Below the pieces are notes generated by a model. That model saw nothing but the letters and a program-made list of their open reading frames with translations, was not told the origin of the DNA and made no database searches. From contig NC_043001.1 in the NCBI RefSeq assembly GCF_006345805.1, positions 34,720,001-34,784,000 on the forward strand: 64,000 nt of DNA, written 5' to 3'. Origin of the DNA: Octopus sinensis (Eukaryota). Every line of letters begins with the position of its first letter. The stretch's first letter is position 1. This document shows, one piece after another, positions 39,361-52,063 of this stretch. A program made the translations under genes and the position numbers.

Positions 39361-40589
39361 ATATTGGCTGTGAGAACCTTGCATATCGAAGCCGAATGGA
39401 AATTTACTATGTGTGTGTGTGTGAAAGGTTGAATGACGTTGTCAAAAGGAAATGTGCCTACGAATACTCATTGGTACTTAAGTAACTTCGTATAAAAAAT
39501 TATCACCGTTCTTAATAATTCAAAATAAGATTAAAAAATTATACACGTTTACACACAGATTCTCTAGCACATATGGATATTGTGTGTGACTATTCATAAA
39601 TAATATATTATCACTTAGGCAAATAATCAAAAAAAATAACAACTGGTTGCTTAAAGTCTGTTTAGTACCCTTTTCATTGATTTATATAGACCCATAGGAA
39701 GCATAAATATATTTTCTTCCAGTAATTTTTTATCGATTTTACTTCGATTCCTACTATGATCAAATTTCTTTTATTCATATCGACAATCAGTGAAATGTAC
39801 CTTTGTCAATAGAATTGTGTGTAACTTTCATCTGAGAAAAAAAAAACGTTGCGCATAAGCAGAAACCAATAATGCACACAGGGATTAAAGATCCGATATT
39901 TTGTTTGGTCTCTGATGTCTAAATCGCATAAACTTCCCAATTTTCATTCTATGTACACAGGAAACTTATGCCATACTAAATAATTTTTACTGACATTCAT
40001 TGATGATATTTATTATTAGACACGTAACGTTTATATTACACATTCATAAATATGATGAAAATCGTTTTTACATGTGATAGTAAATTGGTTTATGCATGTA
40101 ATTTGCGTATATCATGATTCTCAGTTCCTTTTTTCTACACATATTTTGTAGCGTAAAGTATACTCGTATTAAAAAGAAAATAGAAAGATGTTTTGTTGGC
40201 GTAGGATTCACTAGTCGTCATGTGTGCGTTGACTTACTGATTTCTTTAACACATTTCTCGGAAGAACTTCTCTCATACTACCGGCTCCAAATAATTACAG
40301 ATCGAATTTCGTGCTCAACTGAATATAGAAGACGTTGCTGGTCATGTATCTATCGATGGGGACGATACGCTGCAGCTTCTGGCCATGTATCGTTTTATGG
40401 AGACTATACGATTAATATCTAACATATCGCGAATCAAAACTTACCGGTGTTCGGGGCGATTGCAGCCCCTATCCGAATATATGCTATGTGCTTTATAACA
40501 AAAGCATTGGAGCATTTTAGCTCTTATTTCTAACGATGTGGGTATCTTGACACCCTTACTCACGTTATATATATACATATATTTTTTTA

Positions 40590-40773
40590 TTCTTTTACTT
40601 GTTTCAGTCATTTAACAGTGGCCGTGCTAGAGCACCACCTTTAGTAGCACAAATCGATCCCAAGTCGTATTCTTTATAAGTCTAATATTTATTCGTTCGG
40701 TCTCCTTTCGCTAAGTTACAGGAGTGCAAACACACCAACACTCAAGCGATGGTGGGGTGATAAACACAGATGC

Positions 40774-40805
<32 letters not shown>

Positions 40806-40950
40806 TATATATACGTCGGGCCTCTCTCAGTTTCCGTCAACGAAATCCACTAACAAGGCTTTGGTCTGCCGAGGTTATTGTAGAAGACACTTGCTTACGG
40901 TGCCACGCAGTAGACTAAACCGGAAAACCCGGAACCATGTGGTTAGGAAT
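40590..40950 (-). mobile_element. SINE family B
   Basis: Reverse complement of tail, body and head. Confidence 0.8.
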
Positions 40951-41023
40951 ATATATATAATATAATTTTTAATCCAAACGGGAAACAAAAAACAACAACA
41001 ATGGAACAATTACAGTATTATTA

Positions 41024-41093
41024 TTATTAGGCGCTCAGGGCATGGAAGCAGGGAGGTATGACGTTTCGAGCGGAGCTCTTCGTCGGAAACATA
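41024..41093 (-). ncRNA. HHR-like motif (GAGC/GCTC family)
   Basis: Core identical to 28268-28293 (CCGACGAAGAGCTCCGCTCGAAACG), but the triplet is GCC rather than GUC. Confidence 0.5.
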
Positions 41094-41229
41094 AAGAAGG
41101 AAGAGAGAGAAAGAAAGATCCAGAGCGGGGCACAGGGAAAGAGAAAAAGGACGACTGGTGTTTACGAGTTGCACATGGTGAAAGGCGGATGTTACGATAA
41201 CAAGAGCAAAGTGGGTTTTTAAAGGCAAA

Positions 41230-43072
41230 AGAGTGGAGACAAGTTTGTAACGCAACAGATGTGTGTGTATGTGTGAGTGTGTGCGTGTACGTGTGTGTAT
41301 GTGTGTGTGTGAGACGAGATGAAAAAACAAAAATATATGTGTGTGTTAGTGTGTGCGTCTGTGTGTAGGCGTGTGAGGTAGGGCGAGACAATGGTCATCT
41401 TAGCGGACAAGGTCAGTAGTAAGAAAGAAGGAAGGAGGAAGGGCGGTGGGGAAGGGTGGGGCGTAGGTCAGTAGTAAGAAAAAGAAGGAAGGAGGAAGGG
41501 AGGGAGGGGAAGGGGTGGGGGCGTATGTAGCGTGCCAGCGTGTGTTGAGTAGTAGTGTGTGTGTGTGTCCAGTGTCGTGGTGGTATTAATGGCGAGTAGA
41601 TTGATGTGTGTAAGAGTAATGTATATATTTAAGCAATGTGTGTATATGTGTGTGTGCGCGTGTGTAAACGAAAAAGGGGGGTTAAGGAAAAAGGACTCCA
41701 GCTGAGGGGAAGATGGAAGAGTGGTCCCGCGGAGTCGGGCGTGGAAAACCCAACGACACGCGACGGTCCCAGGAACGGGCGGGAGTCTCGTCGGGTCCAA
41801 GAGCGAGGTGCATGCGCGCGTATGCGTGCGCGAACCGGCGCAAGCGCGTGTGTGCGCGCGCCTGCGAGTATGCGCGTAAGTATGTATGTGTGTGGATGTG
41901 TGAGTGTGTCTGTGTGTATGTCTGGGTGGCAGGTGTCCGATGAATGTATGTGAGTATGTGTGTATGTTGTGTGTGCATAGATGTATGTCCGTGTGTTGTG
42001 TGTTGTGTGTATGTGTGTGAGTGTGTATGTATGTACGTGTGGGTGTGGGGAAGTGTGTGTATGTCATGTGTGTGCGCGTACATACAGGTGTGTGAGTGAG
42101 TGTGTGTGTGTGTATGTATGTGTGAGTGTGTATGTATGTGTGTGTAGGATGCATGTATGTGTATGGGTGTATGTGTGCGTGTGTGTATGTATGTATGTGT
42201 ACGTGCGTGTGTGTGTGTGTATGCGTGTAGGTGTCGCGTGTGCATGCATGTAATGCATGTGCGTATGTGTGTGTGTGTGTGCATGTGTGTGGGTATATAT
42301 GTATGTGCGTATATGTGTGTGTATGTGCGTACATGTGTGTGTGTGTGTATGCATGTGCGTGTATGTAGGTGTGTAGGCGTGTGTGTATGGTGTATGTATG
42401 TAAGTATGTATGGGTGTGTCCGTGTATGTGTGTGTATGTATGTGTGTGTATGTAGTGTGTGGGTGTGTGTATATGTGTGTGTGTGTAGGTGTGTGGGCGT
42501 GTGTATATAGGTGTATGTGTGTATGTCTGGGTGTGTCCGTGCATGTTTGTGTGTGTGTGTGTATGCATGTGTATGTAGGTGTGTGTGTACGTGTGTAATG
42601 CATGTGTGTATGCGTGTGTATGCGTGCGTGTTTGTATGTAGGTGCGTATGTATGTGTGTGGGAGTGTAGGTGTGTGGTGTGGCGTGTGCGTGTTTATGTT
42701 GGTGTGGCGTATGTGAGTGTGAGTGTATGGGGTGTTTGTCATGCATGTGTGTGCGCGTGCAGGTGAGTGTGTGTGTAAGTATGTGTGTGTGTATGTTTGT
42801 GTGAGTGTGTATGTGTGTATGTCTGTGTGTATGTATGTGCGTATAGGAGTATGTGGGTATGTGTGTGTGTATGTATATGGGTGTATGTATGTATGTGTGT
42901 GTGTGTGCAGTGTATAAGTATATGTGTGTGTGCGTATGTGTGTATATGTGTATGTGTGGTGTATGAATGTAAGTGTGTGTGTATACAAGTGTAATGTATG
43001 TATGTAGGTGTGTGTGTGTGTGTATGTGTACGTGTGCGTGTGTATGTGTGTGTGTGTATGCGTGTGAGGTGA

Positions 43073-43075
<3 letters not shown>
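41230..43075. repeat. About 1.8-kb degenerate GT-rich low-complexity tract
   Basis: Direct reading. The 506-aa and 494-aa His/Thr ORFs are artefacts of it. Confidence 0.9.
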
Positions 43076-43128
<53 letters not shown>

Positions 43129-43159
43129 TGTATGTAAGCGTAAATGTAGAACGGTGAAA

Positions 43160-43449
43160 TGAGCACTCAATTCCATGGGATTGCACTTAGAAAATCCCCC
43201 TCCTAGGTACAAGTCCATGGTTGTTTATGGAAGACCATGCATACCGGCATCCCCTCTCCACACCATCAGTGTTATCCAAGGGAAAGGCAAAGGCCGATAC
43301 AGCTTGGCAACTCATTTCTACAGCTGAGTGAACTAGAGCAATGTGAAATAAAGTCTCTTGCTCAAGAACTCAGCACGCAGACCGGCCTGGGATTAGAACT
43401 CACAACGTCACGATCTTAAGCTCGATGCCCTAACCACTAAGCCATGCGT
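43160..43449 (-). mobile_element. SINE family D with RTE-like tail
   Basis: Head cgcatggcttagtggttaggg (minus), core ttcttgagcaagagac, tail ccttggataacactgatggtgtggagagggg, homologous to 57885-58189. Confidence 0.8.
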
Positions 43450-43619
43450 TTTATATATATACATATTGAGAAGGTATGTTAATCTTATGAAACATCATTA
43501 CATATTCAAATGGATTCGAGTATTCTTGAAAAACTTAGTTTATGAATGAAGCGGAAACATGTAATTTATGAGATATGCCATTTGTTTGTATAAAATATTT
43601 AAATTGAATTCAATTTGTA

Positions 43620-43680
43620 ATTGTTCAATTCATTGTTTTGTTGTGCTTTTCCATTTCTGATATATATATGTATATGTATA

Positions 43681-43764
<84 letters not shown>

Positions 43765-43814
43765 ATATATGGTATGTATACATACATATATATACATTAG
43801 CATATATACCATAC

Positions 43815-43846
<32 letters not shown>

Positions 43847-43972
43847 TTGCATGTATGTATATATGTATGTATGTATATATATTTAGTGGATATCATTGAT
43901 GCATACATATATGTAAATGCATCAGTTCTATATACATAAACACATACATAAATACAAACGTACATATGTGTG

Positions 43973-44006
<34 letters not shown>

Positions 44007-44033
44007 TGCATATATATATATATATATACATTT

Positions 44034-44064
<31 letters not shown>

Positions 44065-44150
44065 GTATGTATGTATATATATACATACATGCTTGCATAT
44101 GTACACACATACACACACAGACATACAAACACACTCACACATATATTTAA
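43620..44150. repeat. (AT)n-rich microsatellite block
   Basis: Direct reading. Confidence 0.9.
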
Positions 44151-44605
44151 TTGGATGTAAATTACGTCTGGCATCCCACTTTGATGTTCCTTAATTTACC
44201 TATTCCGCTTGTCCAGTGAATCCGTATGGGCTTTGATGTGCAATAATAGATTCTTCCGTTATTGGTAAACACAGTTGTTTGTGGCTGTGTCAAAGAGACA
44301 GCTGATGAAAACAGGAAGTTTTCCCAACGTAACTTTCTGAACGTAATTTAAGCATAATGATACACACACAGCAATGCCAATGTATAGAAGGTAAAAAATA
44401 AAAAAATACACTCATATTAACTGAAGGTCACACACACACATACACGAGAGAAAACAACAAAACACCATGCTTTCATATTTGCTTTGCTGACGTGGAAATA
44501 TGTAGTTATATGTACATATACATATGCTTGTGTGTGTTTGACTCTGTGTTTGTATCTATAATGTGAGTGCGATGATTATACTCTCTCTGTGTGTCAGAAA
44601 CACAC

Positions 44606-44699
<94 letters not shown>

Positions 44700-44944
44700 A
44701 AATATATATATGTGTGTGTGTGTGTGTATGTGTATGTGTGTGTAGACGAATGTAATGCGGATATATTTGTAGCCTTTGGTTATTGTTTTCTGACCTCCAT
44801 AAATATAAATACACGAATACATGTATACGTAGATTCATATTTACACATGTGGAAATATTCTTGCATATATAATATATATAAACAAGAGCACTCAAAGAGC
44901 ACAAAGCTCCGTCAAGGCAACCCCAACGTCCTCTCAACGATTAA

Positions 44945-45215
44945 CCAGAGATGATTTTTAAAATGAGAATATCTGAAATAAACTCAACTGCTCTCATAAA
45001 CGAGAATACTAAAAATGAACGCGACCGCACTCAAAATGTAAGTAAAAAAAAACAGGAAAAAATAATCCAGTACCGGTACCGGATCGATCCCAAAATCTAG
45101 TCAGTCCGTACAAGTCACGAGGCCAAGCATTCCTGAAAGTTTCATCCGATCCATATCGCAGATCTTGGGATATCTTCTCTATGTACATAGAAAGGCATGC
45201 ATTTATATATCATAA
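44945..45215. mobile_element. Possible Helitron/Helentron-type non-autonomous remnant
   Basis: aaagtttcatccgatcc...catgcatttatatat resembles the aagtttcatcagaatt...gtttatatag architecture of 63297-63664. Confidence 0.3.
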
Positions 45216-45240
45216 CTGAGTGGGTAATGTTATATGCATG

Positions 45241-45277
<37 letters not shown>

Positions 45278-45382
45278 GAAGGTTTCAAAATGCAATTTTA
45301 AAGATATTTATTCACGTGACCGTTTTCACTTTTATAGAAAAAGATTGTCAAAAGTAAAATGTAAAGCTTTGTATGAGCTTTT

Positions 45383-46590
45383 ACGTTTCGAGCCTACGCT
45401 CTTCTAATGAAAAGGACACGAATAAACAAGGAGAGAAAAAATGTGTGTAGTGGCTAACGATCTATCATGGCGACTGATTTCGGACAGAAGGGTCACACAC
45501 GAGAGGGGGCAAGAAGTAGGGGAGATAACAGAGTAAAGATGACCCCCAACACGAAGGTGCGTGTGTGTATAAGAGAGTAACTATGTGCGTGTGAAAGAGG
45601 GCTGATGGTATGGACGTGTGCGTGTATGTATGTGTAGGTGTGAAAATGTGGGGATTGGTGTGTGAGTGGTGGTTGTGACGTGATGTGTAATGTTGTATGG
45701 TGTAGTGTGGTGTGGTGTGATGTTGGGTGGTGGGGGAGGCGAGATTGGGGAAAGCACGGGTGGGGTGTGGCTTCGGCTGAGGTTTGGGGTAGAGTTGGGG
45801 TTTGTGGGTAGGCAGAGGGTGTGTGGTATAGGATGGGGGATGGGATCGGAGGATTGGAAGGATAGGGAAGATGGAGTATGAATGTGTGAGGGTGGGTGGG
45901 CTTATGGGGGGATGGGGAGGTGGGTATGTGAGGAGGGAGGGGGGAGAGAAGAGAGAAAGAGAGTAAGAGAGAAGCGAGAAAGAGAATAATACAGAAGAGA
46001 GAAAGAGGGAAGAGAGAAAGAGAGTAAGAGAGAAGAGAGAAAGACGGGAGAGAAAGAGATAAAGAGAGTAGGAGAGAAGAGAGAAATAGAGAAGCAGAGT
46101 GAGAGAGAAGAGGGAAAGAGAGAAGAGAGAAAGAGAGTAAGAGAGAAGAGGGAAAGCGAGTAGAGGTGAAGAGATGTAGGAGTGAAGAGAAGTAGGAGAC
46201 GGGGCAAGAGAGGAGAGTTGGGTGGGAGGAAGTAGGAGGGCGGGGGAGAGAGGCAAGGGAAGGAGGTTAGATGAAGAGGAGAGGACAGTTAAGCCCAAAT
46301 GGCGTAAAGGAGCGAAGAGAGAAGATCAATCCCTGTTCACGACGCAAATGGGAGTCCGGAATGGCCTCTGTGCAAGGACAATCCGAACACAGACAGGTGT
46401 TGCAAAGAGTGACCGGTAGAGCGGAAATGGCGTGAGACCGGGGTGTCATTGCCGAGGCTGATATCTCGGAGGTGTTCCTCGAACCGGTCAGCCAAACGGC
46501 GTACTGTTTGTCCGACGTACAGAGAATGGCAGAGGTATCAGGAGATGCAATAGATGATATTGTTGTAGGTGCAGTTGAAGGAGTCGGTGA

Positions 46591-46594
<4 letters not shown>
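45383..46594 (-). mobile_element. Penelope-like element 3' end: GIY-YIG endonuclease, CT/CA-rich 3' region and HHR-like motif
   Basis: 46594-46267 (minus) reads DSFNCTYNNIIYCIS*YLCHSLYVGQTVRRLADRFEEHLRDISLGNDTPVSRHFRSTGH..(frameshift)..RREQGLIFSLRSFTPFGLN. AGAAGAGCGTAGGCTCGAAACG lies at 45383-45406. Confidence 0.88.
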
Positions 46595-46622
<28 letters not shown>

Positions 46623-46625
<3 letters not shown>

Positions 46626-46772
46626 GGGCTTCTTTCCGTCTCCGTCTATCAAATCCACTCTCAAGGCTTTGGTTGGCGCGCGGCTATGGTAGAAGGCAGC
46701 TGCCGAAGGTGCCACGCAATAGGACTGAACCCGGAATCATTTGGTTGCTAAGCAAACTTCTTACCACACAGC
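46623..46772 (-). mobile_element. SINE family B 5' half
   Basis: cgggcttctttccgtc...aaatccactctcaaggctttggt...ggtgccacgcaataggactgaacccgg. Confidence 0.8.
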
Positions 46773-47671
46773 CATATATATATGTATACAAAGTTATAAT
46801 AATAAAGTGATATTTTGAAATCATTTAATACGTACGCATCAGAATATAGAACAGGAAATGCTTCCATTACGTTAATGCATTTCAAAAATAACCTATATGT
46901 AATTGATGCGTTTTCCATTATATATAGCAAATACCGAATCTTACGTATTAAATGATTTCAAAATATCAGTAGTTAACTTTAATGTATTATTATAACAAAT
47001 ACGACACAATACCAGTAAAAACTCATCGGTCTTAACTCTTCTGATGGGGAAAGTAACAACGATTTGGAGTTGTTTCTCAGACTTGATTCGAGTCAAAATG
47101 CTGGTTCAGTTCAACGCTTCTTAACGTGACACGATATATTGATATATTGCAAGGAAATAGAATGAATAGGATTTAATCCAAATGATAATTGTTTCTGTGC
47201 ATTAGTAGCAGTTCTCAGGTACGAATTTTGCTTATTGTACATATCATTAAATAAATACCATGGCTGTGCACTCGCACGTCATCAGGTGGATGTTATTGAG
47301 AACAAAGCAGTGCTCCCAGAGTGCTCTCAAAACAACTCGACTGATTTTAATATAACAATATGTAGAATATAGAAATCTCAGCAACTAAAAACTGTTAGAA
47401 ATGCACAGAAACAATTGTTGTGGTTTGGATTGAAGCCTGTTCATTTTACCTTCTTTTCTTTTGTATGGATTCTGCGGAGGCTAAACGGATTTGCTCTTAT
47501 ATATTTTCAGTAAAAATAATATTCCTCTGTGCGATGACATTCGGTAGCTGATAATCGTAGAGGGGCTTAGATAAATACGATCCTTAGGTTATTACTATAA
47601 TTCTATTTAAACGAAATCTTAATATGTATGTATGTGTATATGTATGTATGTATGTATATATGTATGTATGT

Positions 47672-48630
47672 CTCTTCTGTATTCAATTATGTAAATTCTT
47701 CCTCTGAAGAAGCAGTTGGTTTCTAATAAAGATACAAAGCTCCATCATTGGAATGTCAATTACGAACGCAATGTCACATTTTAAACCTGAGAAAAGCCAT
47801 GCGTTATTTTACTGTTCCGCTTACAGATTGTACTTGTAATGTGCGAATCAGATGGTTGATTTTTTTTCTGAAAATCCAAGCATATTGAAACTCACAGTTA
47901 GGCATTAACTTACGAATCCAAGTGCACTAATTATTATTAGTATAAATGTAAATTTGTAATCTGGATATAAATGATGGTGGTTCGAAGCAGTTCTTCATAG
48001 TTATCTTCTTTCTCTTATATCTTCAAAAGGATATTCATATCAGTAAGACAGCTAACCTCTCTGAAGGTACATGCTTTACCGTATTTGTCCCAAACAACAA
48101 TGTCCGGCCTGTTACGGTTACCCTTGACATATGTTTTGCTTGTGGAGTCATCCATCATGAAGCTCTAAGGAATTCACTGTCTCTTTATTAGGTATTAGTA
48201 GCAATCTCCTCTTCTTGGAATGTAAATGTATAACCTTCAAAGTGTGATGTAGCGGTCACAAGTCCAAGAGAGGCTTCGCTTCATGTCAAAAGTACTGTCT
48301 TCTTCAATGCTTCAGGAACCATACTCGTCTTTATTTGGTATGCTGAGCGTTTCACATCCAGGTTTTCTTTGAGGTATGCTAGTCCGGTTCATTGATTTGC
48401 GATTGTATGGGAGGTCGTCAGGAGAAAAAAAAGTGTCCCCCAAGGAGCTCGATTGCAACAGGTAAGATATTCTTTTCTTCACTTTTCAGCACTAAGTCAA
48501 TGTATTTATTTTTCTGATGTTGTTTAGCAATTGTTGTCTGAGAGAGACAGACTGTCTGCACTGATCCGAAGCCTCTTACCTCCTTTATCTCTTAAGTAGA
48601 GCCTGTTGATACCACGGTAGAGCCAGTTGA
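47672..48630 (-). mobile_element. RLE-type (R4/NeSL-like) LINE, internally deleted and 5'-truncated
   Basis: RLYLRDKGG.R (cf. RLYLPRKEGGRGL), QEEEIAT, NRPDIVVWDK, EKEDNYEELLR..YPDYKFTFI.II.ALG. The 3' end abuts (TACA)n. Confidence 0.8.
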
Positions 48631-48663
48631 TATTATGCATGTATGCTTATATGTACGTAAGCG

Positions 48664-48771
48664 TTCTTCTGTTTCTGATTATTTAAATTCTTCCGCTGAG
48701 GAAGAAGCTGGTTTCTAACAGAGATACAAAATTCTATCGTTGGAATGTAGATAACGGAAACAATGTCACCA
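48664..48771 (-). mobile_element. Second, isolated 3' terminus of the same RLE LINE
   Basis: About 110-bp imperfect direct repeat of 47672-47780, also followed on the minus strand by TACA-like repeats. Confidence 0.75.
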
Positions 48772-48909
48772 TTTATTTATGATTGGAGAAATGAAGCAAT
48801 TACTATTTTAGGCTAGACGAGTCGGCATATATGTAGAGGTAGAAAAGAAAACGTTAAAAAAGTAATTTTAAATGGTCCTCAACGCCTGAACGTCTGATGT
48901 TCAAGGCGC

Positions 48910-49080
48910 CATGTATGTATGTATGTATGTATGTATGTATGTATGTATGTATGTATGTATGTATGTATGTATGTATTTATGTATGTATGTATGTACGTAC
49001 GTATGTGTGTATGTATGCATGTATGTACGTAAGTATGTATGTATATATGCGAGCATGTATGTATGCATGCATGGATGCAT
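48910..49080. repeat. (ATGT)n microsatellite
   Basis: Direct reading. Confidence 0.95.
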
Positions 49081-49087
49081 ATATATA

Positions 49088-49445
49088 GTTTGCTTCCTAA
49101 CCACGTGGTTCCGGGTTCAGTCCCAGTGTGTGGCACCTTGGGAGAGTCTCTTCTACTATAAATATATGTGTGTGTGTGTATACACACACACATATATATA
49201 TACACACACATATACATGTATGTATATATCTATGTGTGTGTGTCTTTGTGTCTGTTCCCTACCAGCGCTGAAAACCGCTGTTGGTATGTTTCTGTCCTCG
49301 GATCATAGCGATTCGACAAAAAGGATTCGTAGAATAAAATACCAGGCTTTAAAAAAATGTCCCGGGGTTGATTCGTTCGACAATACTTCAAGACGGTGCC
49401 CCAACATGTCCGCAGCCTGATTGAAACAAGTAAAACCATAAAAGA
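49088..49445 (+). mobile_element. SINE family B
   Basis: accacgtggttccgggttcagtccc...ggcaccttgggagagtctcttctactata...tail gaaacaagtaaaa. Confidence 0.8.
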
Positions 49446-49451
49446 ATATAT

Positions 49452-49483
<32 letters not shown>

Positions 49484-49829
49484 GTATGTATGTAAGTATA
49501 TATATATACATATACATATCAATTTTACAACCTATACACCAATAAATTCATGATTCTGCTTGTATGTGATAAACACGTATTGATCTGAGTATGTATTCGC
49601 GATTGCTTACACTCGCAGCTATTTCATTTACTAACGAAAACCTTTGATCCCAAACCACTGATTCATTAGCGATGAGGTTCTAGTTGCGGGATATTTCATA
49701 TGAAAAAGATATATGAAACAATTGATTCTAACCATTTATATGTACAGGAAATACTAGACCACACAAAATCATGAATGGACGATAAATATACTCTAACTTT
49801 TATCACTTTCCCTCTCTTTCACTCTGTTT

Positions 49830-50125
<296 letters not shown>

Positions 50126-51739
50126 TCTATTTATTTATTTATCTATATTTTCATACATACACACATATATGTATGTGTGTGTGTATATACACATGTGTGT
50201 GTGTGTATGCCTGTATATGTATGTATATATACAAATGTGTGTATGTGTGTGTGTGTGTATGTATTATATATTTAATATTTAGTCATGCTCTAAAATAATT
50301 TATAGTTACAACCACTTGAGATATATAATATCGCAATCCTCCTGTATGACAACTGAAGAATTGCGATATCAATTCGGGTCGGTATCTTCAATAAATTATC
50401 CTGTGTGAGTTGCTGCTGGCATTACCATTAACACCCTGGCTCTTATCCTTTCTTTTTGTTCATGAAATGTCTATCCAAGACTGCATTATATAATGTGTCA
50501 TTTCCCTCTCTCATAGTGGGATACGATTCGAAGAAGATTCAGCTGCTAATTCTAGCAGCGTAGAGCGGCCGAGTAGTTATATCCTCGTTGGCTCATAAAT
50601 TATCCATTGTTGTGTGTGTGTGTGTCTCTGTCTGTGTGTTTGTGTGCATGTGTGTATTTATATATATATATATATACATATAATGTATTATCCAGAGGTA
50701 TAACTATTCAGAATAAATCATCGAACGTTGTAGATATCCATTATAAATGATCCAGGGTTATAAATATGTAAAATAAATCGTCAGGTGGTACAGGACTTTC
50801 AAGGAAGTTTACACTAACAACTATTGAGTAAATGAATTCGAGTATACAAAGATTCACACACAGAGACACGTATATGTATATCCATATATGCGTGTATATG
50901 TATTCAGCGTTGATTTAAAATACACTTGAGGTTATAGCCACATAAATACACGGATAAGATATTAGTGAATAATGTATGATGCATCGTATTACGTATAGAA
51001 TAATAAGAATCACCTGGTGTTTGAAATGACGGGATCATTACATCGCGAGTCAAAATACTTTGCTCTTGTCGATCCGCGTCACTGTGCTTTGAGTTCAAAT
51101 CTTGCTGAGCTTAGCTTTGACTTATTTATATATTTAGGGCCTTATTTTGTTTTATATATATAAAAGTGTCTCGTGGTGTGAGTCCGAAATGGATCTACTG
51201 ATCCATTTCGTCTAATCGTCTTGCTGGAAAAAATCTCATCAAGATAGCCCGTTACATTTCTATGGTAATGTGGGTGTGCACTGTCTTGGAAATAAACCCC
51301 ACTTCTTCAAAGTCCTCTTAAATGCTTGACTTGACAGAATATTGCTGCTAGTTCTAGTAATTAGGTCACAGTATAGACCCTTCCCCCAAATTTTTTTAAA
51401 ATAATTAAAATGGCGGTCTAGTTAATCCTTTTTTTGTGAAAGCTTGATGTTCCTCCGTTATATGCGGATTTTCAGATTTCCTGTAAGTGCAATTTCAGCG
51501 GTTAAGCGAGGAATATTTTTTAAAATGTAGTCTCATCACTACAAACAAAATTAGTTGGATAGCACGCATCTTCTACACATCTATCCAAGTACCACTCAAA
51601 GAGCACTTCTCTCTGGATTATCTTCATTAGGAGTATTAATTATTCTCGGAATGTAACTTTACCAGATGATACAACTTCAAAATCCGATGAGCACTTGATT
51701 TTAAAATTCCTAGCTCACGACGCACATAGATTCTCTTGA

Positions 51740-52063
51740 ACTGTGGTAAGATCGCAGCGATGTCTGTGGTCGTCAGTGCCGTTTCTTGTAAACTCTCTGA
51801 AGAGTTCTATCTGCTTCAAATTTATTTCTAATTCGAATGAGATTAAATTGCGATATAGGTCGATCCGTTTAAAACTCTCTCTCCTAAAATATCGTTGTAC
51901 TTCGACTATACTTTCAAATACTCATGATTATTTTAGCAGAAACCTTCTTAAGCTGAAAGCTTTGTCTGACACCTTCATTATTTCTGATGGTTTAACCTTA
52001 AAAGAAGTATATATCGAGCTGTCTGCTATTGAAGTGTGGATACATTTTGAGGAAAATACAGTA
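51740..52063 (-). mobile_element. Tc1/mariner transposase N-terminal (HTH) remnant with left end
   Basis: Minus strand FESIVEVQRYFRRE..TDRP...IRIRNKFEADRTLQRVYKKRH*RPQTS (cf. SV.TVQR.FR..F..DPP....G...K..SGRPRTS). The end is TA-ctgtattttcctcaaaatgtatccacac. Confidence 0.65.

Noticed and set aside
41745-41805. Minus-strand CCGACGA-GAC...GTC hairpin as a hammerhead
   Set aside because: No GAAA follows stem II (GCGUG instead).
41468-43218. 506-aa, 494-aa and other His/Thr/Val/Cys-rich ORFs
   Set aside because: They are translations of degenerate (GT/AC)n, which lacks stop codons by composition.
47701-47780. CTGAAGA...GAA(A)C-aat-GTC as a hammerhead (also 48695-48770)
   Set aside because: Stem I does not pair, stem II is poorly defined, and the motif is antisense to the LINE that contains it.
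50352-50390. CTGAAGA followed by the gaattg/caattc hairpin
   Set aside because: The second core half is absent.
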